Program-made: the position numbers and the translations under genes
Shown: in pieces, positions 1-7,440 of the stretch
Layout of the letters: each line of letters begins with the position of its first letter
Numbering within the stretch: the stretch's first letter is position 1
Assembly: GCA_050250255.1 (NCBI GenBank)
Contig: JBFWOZ010000007.1
Location: forward strand, 1-64,000
Length of the DNA stretch: 64,000 nt
Origin: Bdellovibrionales bacterium
GTDB lineage: Bacteria; Bdellovibrionota; Bdellovibrionia; Bdellovibrionales; DASUEL01
Direction: 5' to 3'
The notes under the pieces: generated by a model
Told to the model about the DNA's origin: nothing
The model's database searches: none
Seen by the model: the letters and a program-made list of their open reading frames with translations, nothing else

Positions 1-237
1 ATCGGAGTCGTGGATGAGGGAGATCTTCTTTTGCCTCTCGCGAACGGACTCGTAAAGCCGGAAGATCCTATTTTAAGTTTCATCAAAGGGACCGTGCTGA
101 TGGTGGAGTGGGAAGAGCCCCTCCAAAAATTAGCAGAGCTTTTTAGCAAGGGCTATGTCGCCTTGGTTCGTTCACCCGCAGGTAAGTTACACTTATTGAC
201 CAAAATTGATTTGATCGAATATCTCGGAAATTCTTGA
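1..237 (+). CDS. Cystathionine beta-synthase, C-terminal CBS domain (5'-partial)
   Basis: Frame is open from base 1 (IGVVDEGDLL...LLTKIDLIEYL, CBS-domain pattern) and lies directly upstream of a cystathionine gamma-lyase. Confidence 0.75.
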   Translation: MGVVDEGDLLLPLANGLVKPEDPILSFIKGTVLMVEWEEPLQKLAELFSKGYVALVRSPAGKLHLLTKIDLIEYLGNS

Positions 238-249
238 GGAGAATGTTGT

Positions 250-1413
250 ATGGAATGGCCAAGCGATAAATATGGATTTGAAACCCGTGCGATTCATGCG
301 GGTCAGGAGCCAGATCCTTCAACGGGCGCCATCATGACTCCGATTTATATGACGTCGACTTTTGTTCAGAGCTCTCCAGGGGTTCACAAAGGATACGATT
401 ACAGTCGTGCGGGGAACCCAACGCGAACGGCTTACGAAAATTGCCTCGCGAACTTAGAGTCAGGAAAATACGGAATTGCCTTCTCGTCAGGATGTGCGGC
501 GACCGCGACTATTGCTCATCTTTTAAAACAAGGCGATCACGTGGTCTGCTTTGATGATGTTTACGGCGGAACTTTTCGTCTCTTTGATAAAGTGATTTCA
601 AATAATGGTGTGCAGTTCACTTATGTGGATTTAAGAGATCTCAATAAGCTGGAAGATGCCGTTAAGCCGAATACGAAGTTGATCTGGATTGAAACTCCTA
701 CGAATCCGCTTTTGAAACTTGCCGATATCGAGGCAATTGCGAAATTTGCTAAAGCTAAGAACATTCTCACGGCTGTCGATAACACATTCATGAGTCCTTA
801 CTTCCAAAGACCTTTGGAGTTGGGTGCAGATATGGTCGTTCACTCCACAACCAAATACATCAATGGTCATAGCGACATTATTGGTGGGGCCGTGGTGGTG
901 AATCGTGATGATTTGGCAGAAAAACTTTATTTCCTTCAGAAATCTATCGGGGCTGTTCCCGGAAACTTTGATAGCTACATTTGCATGAGAAGTTTAAAAA
1001 CTTTAGCGGTGAGAATGCAGGCTCATGAACAAAATGGCCGAGGGATTGCGCACTTTTTGGAAGAGCATTCCGCAGTCAAACAGGTGATCTATCCAGGCCT
1101 AGAGAGTCATCCCCAACATGCGCTGGCGAAATCGCAGATGCATGGATTTGGCGGGATGATCACCTTCTTTATGAAGGGTGGCCTCAAGGCCGCGAAGACC
1201 GTGCTTGAAAACGTGAATGTCTTTGCCTTGGCGGAAAGCTTAGGTGGAGTGGAGTCTCTCATTGAACATCCGGGAATTATGACACACGCCAGTGTGCCTG
1301 CTGAACAACGGGCAAAGCTTGGAATTGATGACTCTATGATTCGTATTAGTGTGGGTATAGAGCGTTTGGATGATTTGATCTGGGATCTCGATAGCGCCTT
1401 TAAAAAACTCTAA
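250..1413 (+). CDS. Cystathionine gamma-lyase/gamma-synthase (Cys/Met metabolism, PLP)
   Basis: YSRAGNPT, DNTF, HSTTKYINGHSD (PLP Lys), LAESLGGVESL motifs. Confidence 0.95.
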   Translation: MEWPSDKYGFETRAIHAGQEPDPSTGAIMTPIYMTSTFVQSSPGVHKGYDYSRAGNPTRTAYENCLANLESGKYGIAFSSGCAATATIAHLLKQGDHVVCFDDVYGGTFRLFDKVISNNGVQFTYVDLRDLNKLEDAVKPNTKLIWIETPTNPLLKLADIEAIAKFAKAKNILTAVDNTFMSPYFQRPLELGADMVVHSTTKYINGHSDIIGGAVVVNRDDLAEKLYFLQKSIGAVPGNFDSYICMRSLKTLAVRMQAHEQNGRGIAHFLEEHSAVKQVIYPGLESHPQHALAKSQMHGFGGMITFFMKGGLKAAKTVLENVNVFALAESLGGVESLIEHPGIMTHASVPAEQRAKLGIDDSMIRISVGIERLDDLIWDLDSAFKKL

Positions 1414-1506
1414 GCATGGTTCTCAAAAGTGCTCGGTTTTCTTTGACAGACTGAAGCGCATTGAGTACCAGAAAAGGTTCCGATTTTAAGACCGAATTTC
1501 TAAAGT

Positions 1507-1582
<76 letters not shown>

Positions 1583-1589
1583 ACTTCAA

Positions 1590-1710
1590 AAAACACACAC
1601 AATTGAGCCAATACATCGTTGCGTCGTCACTCGCTTCCTTGCGACGTGCAGGCAGCACGTCTCAGTCGCTCGTTCCTAGCGCCTCGTCTTGACTCAATTT
1701 TGTGAGTTTT
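1590..1710. repeat. MITE/REP-like palindromic element
   Basis: Terminal inverted repeats 1590-1611 and 1689-1710 match at 19/22; central GACGTGC-aggca-GCACGTC hairpin. Confidence 0.6.
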
Positions 1711-1748
1711 ATACATAAGGAAAACCGTGCAGGTACACGCGGTTCTCT

Positions 1749-2186
1749 TTAGTTCGTTATACGAACATCGGTAGAGTATTCAGTTTTATCAGGATTGAAG
1801 CGTACTTCGATATCAATGAATGTACTGCCCGATAAACTATTGGGGTCTTTTACTTCATTAGGAAGCGCTTGTGCACGCAACCATATAAAACCGTCTTGTT
1901 TTAAAGTTTGATTATAACTTTGAGTTTTGCTGCCTAGAATGACATATCGAAATTGTTTTCCTTTTAAGGTTTCAAATTTTTCTGGATGTTGAATCATTGC
2001 ATTCAGAAAGTGTGTCATGAACTCTCCAGGTCGTGCTCCTGACGAGATACTTTCAACATCCTTGTCATGAAACCATAAGCTGTTTTCTGATGAGAAAGTG
2101 TTGATCCACGCAGGAGCAGAAGAAAATGTTTGCGCTTGAATAGCCAAAGAATAAAGGCTGAAAAATAAAAGACTGAAATATTTCAT
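1749..2186 (-). CDS. Hypothetical secreted protein
   Basis: Signal peptide MKYFSLLFF...AIQA; GGAG SD. Confidence 0.7.
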   Translation of the reverse strand: MKYFSLLFFSLYSLAIQAQTFSSAPAWINTFSSENSLWFHDKDVESISSGARPGEFMTHFLNAMIQHPEKFETLKGKQFRYVILGSKTQSYNQTLKQDGFIWLRAQALPNEVKDPNSLSGSTFIDIEVRFNPDKTEYSTDVRITN

Positions 2187-2230
2187 TTAGTACTCCACAT
2201 ATCATTTGATCGATGTGTTATTGAAAAATA

Positions 2231-2602
2231 TTACTTTTCGACGAGGCCACAATCTCGTTTGGCTTCACGCATTTTTTCATGAGCGGCCACAACAAAATCG
2301 ACAGAGGCGAGACCAACATCAAATTGCGCTTTTCGTGCCTCAATAAGTTTCTTAAGTAATCCCACACGCTGTTCGCAGGACTTCGGATCTCCTAAGTTTT
2401 GATGACAGATTTTTACTTCCAATAAGTTGTGTTCTGCTTCGATTAAAGAAATGGGAGCCATGGTTCCCTTTTCAACTCGGTCTTTGGAGGTATCATAAAG
2501 TTCTTGGGCTCTCGCTAAGTCGCGCTGATCACAAGTTTTTTGAGCGGCAGAAGCGTTTAAAGTTAAACAAAGACTAAAAAGTAGAAGGCCTAAGCTTTTC
2601 AT
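2231..2602 (-). CDS. Small secreted protein with two TolC/OEP-like helical hairpin motifs
   Basis: ATG 2602 with GGAGA SD; signal peptide; AQELYDTSKDRVEKGTMAPISLIEAE and ARKAQFDVGLASVDFVVAA. Confidence 0.65.
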   Translation of the reverse strand: MKSLGLLLFSLCLTLNASAAQKTCDQRDLARAQELYDTSKDRVEKGTMAPISLIEAEHNLLEVKICHQNLGDPKSCEQRVGLLKKLIEARKAQFDVGLASVDFVVAAHEKMREAKRDCGLVEK

Positions 2603-2637
2603 TTCTATCTCCACGTAAGGTTATTCGGAAACCTTTG

Positions 2638-2653
2638 TGCGAGAATTATTCCA
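2638..2653 (-). promoter_or_regulatory. Sigma-54-like promoter
   Basis: TGGAATAATTCTCGCA, GG-N10-GC spacing, about 35 bp upstream of ATG 2602. Confidence 0.5.
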
Positions 2654-2735
2654 AGTTTTTATGTATTAGGTTCGATGTGGGGGCGGGAAAGAGCCAATAA
2701 TTGCTATTTTTAAAGCTTCGGTGACCTTGAGGGGC

Positions 2736-2765
2736 TCCTGTTTAGAAAAGTCCTGTTTAGAAAAG
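2736..2765 (+). repeat. Perfect tandem 15-bp direct repeat
   Basis: TCCTGTTTAGAAAAG x2. Confidence 0.85.
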
Positions 2766-2932
2766 ATCAAATTCTGAAGTATGTTCCGAAATTCGAAGGG
2801 ACCACTTGGTCCCATACAAACTCATTTTACTTATCGTTGATTTTGCTTTTGCATTTTACAAAAGCGCCGCAGTCCCATAAGTGCAGACTGAGCTTCAAGG
2901 AACAGAACTCCTATACCAATTAGGAGGTAGAT

Positions 2933-3061
2933 ATGAACAACAACCCAGTTGATGTTCATGTCGGAAACCGTCGAAGAAAGCTGAAGGCCAGGATTCGCAG
3001 TACGTATGTTATTTTATCTTGGTTGAAATTTCTTTGGTGGCTCTGGACATTGATCCGTTAG
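2933..3061 (+). CDS. Putative 42-aa small protein (not in ORF track)
   Basis: AGGAGG SD then ATG; MNNNPVDVHVGNRRRKLKARIRSTYVILSWLKFLWWLWTLIR. Confidence 0.5.
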   Translation: MNNNPVDVHVGNRRRKLKARIRSTYVILSWLKFLWWLWTLIR

Positions 3062-3146
3062 TTTGAGTTTAACTTCTCTTTGTGGGTGGCTTTTAAAGCA
3101 TGATCAAGGATGGTGCTTAGGGGTTGCGGCGCCTTTGCTTTGCTAT

Positions 3147-3968
3147 TTAGAAATTTTCTTTGATCACCTGAAGTAGTTTTGAATGAATGCTGGCTGGGCC
3201 GCCGACAATGTCAGTGTGAACAAGAGGATCGAAAGCTTCACCTTTAAAGTTTGTGACGATGCCTCCGGCTTCTTCAATAAGAAGGGCGCCAGCTGCCATA
3301 TCCCATGACGAGAGATTGAGTTCCCAAAAACCATTACAGATTCCGTGAGCGGTCATGGAAATATCTAGTGCGGCCGCGCCATAGACGCGAACGGTAGCGG
3401 CTTTACCTGAAAGCTTAATCGCTTCAATCGACTTGATGATTTTTTTAAGATTCTCTTTCGAGTTATAGCTAAAACCTGTGGCGTAGTAACCTTCCTCAAA
3501 AGAGTCGGCCTCTTTCACTTGGATTTTCTGGCTATTACACGTTGATCCCTTACCTAATTGAGCCGAATAATAATCATCATAAGCGGGAGCATAGACGCCG
3601 GCCGCGAGAACTTTTGTTCCGGTTTTTGTTTTTTCGCAAAACGCGATGGAGATGCAGTAGTAACGGCTACCCTGAGAAAAATTTGTTGTTCCATCAAGAG
3701 GGTCAATGATCCACAGATAAGGAGTCTCAAGGTTTTTTGAAGCGTTTAGTCCAGACTCTTCGGTGATGATATGGTGGTCGGGATACTCTTTTTTGATTTG
3801 TGAAAGCAAATGTTTTTCAGAGGCGAGATCTGCTTGAGTGACGATACCTTTTCCATTGTCCTTGTAGGAGCTTTGGACATTTTTTCTAAAATATTGAAGA
3901 GTAATATCGCCCGCTTCACGAGAGATTTTTTCTAAGAATTTTGAAAGTGCATCTAAATCTAAAGACAT
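3147..3968 (-). CDS. suhB: Inositol monophosphatase family protein
   Basis: VTQADLASE, TEE, WIIDPLDGTTNF, WDMAAG. Confidence 0.92.
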   Translation of the reverse strand: MSLDLDALSKFLEKISREAGDITLQYFRKNVQSSYKDNGKGIVTQADLASEKHLLSQIKKEYPDHHIITEESGLNASKNLETPYLWIIDPLDGTTNFSQGSRYYCISIAFCEKTKTGTKVLAAGVYAPAYDDYYSAQLGKGSTCNSQKIQVKEADSFEEGYYATGFSYNSKENLKKIIKSIEAIKLSGKAATVRVYGAAALDISMTAHGICNGFWELNLSSWDMAAGALLIEEAGGIVTNFKGEAFDPLVHTDIVGGPASIHSKLLQVIKENF

Positions 3969-4015
3969 AAGATTTTGTAGCTGACGTGCGTTCTTCTCGC
4001 AAGATATAACGAGTT

Positions 4016-4624
4016 GTGATGAATAAGAAATATCAAAAACACCTGATTAAAGCGGATTCCAAATTTAAAAAACTCATTCAAAAAGTGGGTCATGTGAAAA
4101 TGAAGGCGCAGCCTTCAAAAGAGGCTTACCGCGCACTGGTGCGTTCCGTCGTGTACCAACAGTTGAGTGGCAAAGCAGCGGCGAAAATTTTCGAACGCTT
4201 TGTAGGTTTGTTTGGCGTAGATTTTCCGACTCCACATCAGGTCATTCAAAAAACGGTAGAAGAACTGCGTCTAGCGGGACTTTCGCGTTCCAAAGCAGAA
4301 ACTATTTTACGAATTGCTCTGGAAGCTCATGAGGGTCGCATTCCTGATGCCCAGGGCATTAAAAAAATGTCGGATCTAGAAATCATAGAATGCTTGACGA
4401 AAATTAAAGGGGTTGGGCCCTGGACCGTGCAGATGTTTTTAATGTTCACGCTGAAGCGCCCAGACGTTATGCCAGTGACAGATTATGGTGTGAGAAAGGG
4501 GTATCAAAAATTTTTGAATAAAAGAAAACTCCCGTCACCAAAACAACTAGAAAAAGACACTCAGCATTGGGCGCCCTATCGCTCTTATGCTGCTTGGTAT
4601 ATGTGGCGGCTTCTCGACGATTAG
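4016..4624 (+). CDS. alkA: DNA-3-methyladenine glycosylase II (AlkA family, HhH-GPD)
   Basis: QQLSGKAA, IKGVGPWT, PVTDYGVR, WAPYRSYAAWYMW. Confidence 0.92.
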   Translation: MMNKKYQKHLIKADSKFKKLIQKVGHVKMKAQPSKEAYRALVRSVVYQQLSGKAAAKIFERFVGLFGVDFPTPHQVIQKTVEELRLAGLSRSKAETILRIALEAHEGRIPDAQGIKKMSDLEIIECLTKIKGVGPWTVQMFLMFTLKRPDVMPVTDYGVRKGYQKFLNKRKLPSPKQLEKDTQHWAPYRSYAAWYMWRLLDD

Positions 4625-4718
4625 CGAGGAATGTAACACCTGAGATTCGTTAAACAAAATTCCAAATTTTAGACTTTCGTAGAGGAAAGAGACGCTTTTG
4701 TTTTGTCGAAAAGTAGAT

Positions 4719-5621
4719 ATGACAAAAATAATCTTATTTTCATTCGCATTTACGTTTTTTAGTTTTAACTACGTGGTTGCGGAGCAAAACGACGCTCCTT
4801 ACTTAATGAATATTGAGAGCTCTCCAAGGTCAGAGAAAGCTCGTTATGATTTTTCTTATTTTCTTTACGCCCAAAAACGTTTCACAGAAGCGCGTACGCA
4901 GCTAAATATTCTTTTTGGTTTGAATTCTAATCACATGCAAGCTCGTAAACTTTTTCGTCATATGAATGAAATCGAAGGTCTGAAGGATATCGACTACATG
5001 AACCGTCAAATGGCGGTCTTTATGAATGAAAAAACATATGAAGATAGCGCGAAGGTTGCGCCGGCGGCTGCTAACACCACTGGGCAAGCGGTGGATACGG
5101 CAGCAGTTCTAAAGGAGATTGATACGACTTACGGTTTGAGTGCAGCCGTAAGGGCCGAGTATAAACCCACGGAAGAAGAAGTTGGATTTTCTCTAGAGGC
5201 ACAAAGCTATTTTAACGAAAAAGTGTATGATCGCGCCGAAAGAATTTATAAATCTTGGACTTTGAAATATCCCGAGTCACCATGGGCACAGTCTGAGTTT
5301 TTAAAGTTTCTCGTGGTACGTGATCGTATGCTGCAAGCTGAAATTATTTTTAATAACGGAAAAGATCAATTTAGCAAATTTTTAAGAAATAAAATCATTG
5401 GTACTTGTATTAAGGAATTCAAAGAAGCTAAGAGTTCGGAACAAAAGGAAGCTGCCAAAGCCAAAATGCAAAAACATCTTTTTGCTTATGAAAAACACTT
5501 GAGAGGAGCTGCTGTTCCAGCAACAGCAGACCCGGTTCCGCATGCAGCCGTACCAGCTCCCGAGTCTCAAGCGGCTCCTTCAGTGACAGAAGCTCCAAGG
5601 CAACCATCAGCGGCGCACTGA
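4719..5621 (+). CDS. Hypothetical secreted helical/TPR-like protein with Pro/Ala-rich tail
   Basis: Signal peptide; TPR-like helices (YDRAERIYKSWTLKYPESPWA). Confidence 0.7.
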   Translation: MTKIILFSFAFTFFSFNYVVAEQNDAPYLMNIESSPRSEKARYDFSYFLYAQKRFTEARTQLNILFGLNSNHMQARKLFRHMNEIEGLKDIDYMNRQMAVFMNEKTYEDSAKVAPAAANTTGQAVDTAAVLKEIDTTYGLSAAVRAEYKPTEEEVGFSLEAQSYFNEKVYDRAERIYKSWTLKYPESPWAQSEFLKFLVVRDRMLQAEIIFNNGKDQFSKFLRNKIIGTCIKEFKEAKSSEQKEAAKAKMQKHLFAYEKHLRGAAVPATADPVPHAAVPAPESQAAPSVTEAPRQPSAAH

Positions 5622-5750
5622 GGAATTCTTCAACAAATGGCCCAACCCCGCTTAAACCCGGAGAGGCTAGGCTCGGTGACAGCTTACGCCAAAGTGTCAA
5701 CGTGCTAGCCGAAGCAGAATAATGGAAGCCTCTAGGGAGTCTGTGACCTG

Positions 5751-5766
5751 TGGCATCTTTCTAGCA
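5751..5766 (+). promoter_or_regulatory. Sigma-54-like promoter
   Basis: TGGCATCTTTCTAGCA, GG-N10-GC, about 36 bp before ATG 5803. Confidence 0.6.
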
Positions 5767-5802
5767 CTTGGGACTTTAATCATCGATGGGAGATTAAAGG
5801 CC

Positions 5803-7083
5803 ATGAAGGTTTTAGTAAAATTTGTGATTTCATTGTGCACGACCCTTTTGGTGAGTGTGCCTAGTTTTGCAAATCAAAAGAGCTGCGCAGCCTTGGGAGG
5901 GCTTTCAAACGAGGTCTCTCTCATTCGCAAAGAAAGCGTTCAGAATCTTCTTAGCTTTGCAGAAAAGTACAGTGGGAATCCAACAGAGCTCAAGCTTTGG
6001 ATTAGAGCGCTTGAAGCCTACTCCGCCGGCCGCGACCCCATCATCGAAGAATTTAGAGAGGTCTTGGGAAAACAGCTGGAGACACTTGCTCAACTCGCAA
6101 TAAGTTTGCGTGACTATAATCAAAGACTTAGTTCCATGCAAGGATATGAAAGGTCAGAAATTGAGGGACCTGTAAGTAATAAAATAATTGAGTTCATTGA
6201 TCGAGTGAGACAGCAGGGGGCGGAGCTTCAAGCAGCGCCGCAATTAACTTTAAGTCGTTATTGGGACTTTGTACTATCACATCTCATTGCGATTTCGTTT
6301 TACTATCCAAGCGGTAAGATGATGGAAACAAAACAATTGGACATGACTTCTTATGTCCCTCTGGTGATAGATCACTTTGGAGATAGAATCTATCCAGGTG
6401 TCCCACTTGCCGGAAAATATGAAAACATGGCAGAGCTTGCGATGCGATTTTCTCAAATGACTCTGAGGTTTCGAAATGTTTGGAATTTTCCAAAGTTTTT
6501 TCAAGAAACAAAAGATGGCAATCTCTTTATGTTTCCAACCCGCCTAGACGATGTTTACTCTTTAAATTTAATTTCAGTCATGGGTGGATTAGCAATTGGC
6601 ATGAAAGATAAAGTAGTGGACGCAGACAATACACAAATGAGTCCTGTGGAATTTGCAGCTCACGACATTTTTCATGGAACACTCATGCTAAATAAATATG
6701 TACGTAATTACGATAATTTAAAACAGGATATAGGTTCACAAAGAGAAAAGTCCATTCAAACTTTTCTTGATATTATGTCAGAAATGGAAAAAAGCGGGCC
6801 CCGTCAATTTGTTGCGGCCAATGTTGTCTGGCATTACTTAACGTATGAATTTAATATGGATTTAAAAAAACCTGAAGTGCCTTCATCGACAGGTGGACTC
6901 GCGGCACATGTGGGCCGTATGTACGCTGCACTTCCCGCTCTAAAAGAAGAAATTAAGAACGGCGCTTATAGCTCGATGAATTTAGGCGCTACAACTCCAG
7001 AGCGAGTACAAAGTGTGGAAATAGCGTTTTATAAAGTTCTCAAGCTCTTGGAGCGTGGAGAACTTGCACTTCATCAAAAATGA
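5803..7083 (+). CDS. Hypothetical secreted protein with an HDxxH motif
   Basis: Signal peptide from ATG 5803; long ORF; ADNTQMSPVEFAAHDIFH. Confidence 0.75.
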   Translation: MKVLVKFVISLCTTLLVSVPSFANQKSCAALGGLSNEVSLIRKESVQNLLSFAEKYSGNPTELKLWIRALEAYSAGRDPIIEEFREVLGKQLETLAQLAISLRDYNQRLSSMQGYERSEIEGPVSNKIIEFIDRVRQQGAELQAAPQLTLSRYWDFVLSHLIAISFYYPSGKMMETKQLDMTSYVPLVIDHFGDRIYPGVPLAGKYENMAELAMRFSQMTLRFRNVWNFPKFFQETKDGNLFMFPTRLDDVYSLNLISVMGGLAIGMKDKVVDADNTQMSPVEFAAHDIFHGTLMLNKYVRNYDNLKQDIGSQREKSIQTFLDIMSEMEKSGPRQFVAANVVWHYLTYEFNMDLKKPEVPSSTGGLAAHVGRMYAALPALKEEIKNGAYSSMNLGATTPERVQSVEIAFYKVLKLLERGELALHQK

Positions 7084-7098
7084 CGAGAAGATGAATCG

Positions 7099-7440
7099 AT
7101 GAAGTATTTTTACCTCACCATTTTGTTATGGGTTAGCACAGCTTCTGCGCAGGCCTCTGACTGCGTTCAGGTAAATATCCAATCCAGTGCTCTTTGCGAA
7201 AAACTGCAAGTTAATTTTGATTCGAGCGAATGTGAAGTGTCGGAAGACATTATGATTTCAAAGGTCTCTTGTAGGAACGAGTTTGTTGCGGAAGTGGTAG
7301 GGAAGTCGACGGAGTATCAGTACGTTGTCGTGGTGACTAAAAACACCGATGGAACATGGGTACCTGGGCAAATTGTACGAAACAAATTGCCCACAGAGCC
7401 CAAATCTAAAAAATCTAACCGTTCTTCGCCGTCGAAGTAA
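7099..7440 (+). CDS. Hypothetical secreted Cys-containing protein
   Basis: Signal peptide ending ASA; four Cys. Confidence 0.65.
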   Translation: MKYFYLTILLWVSTASAQASDCVQVNIQSSALCEKLQVNFDSSECEVSEDIMISKVSCRNEFVAEVVGKSTEYQYVVVVTKNTDGTWVPGQIVRNKLPTEPKSKKSNRSSPSK

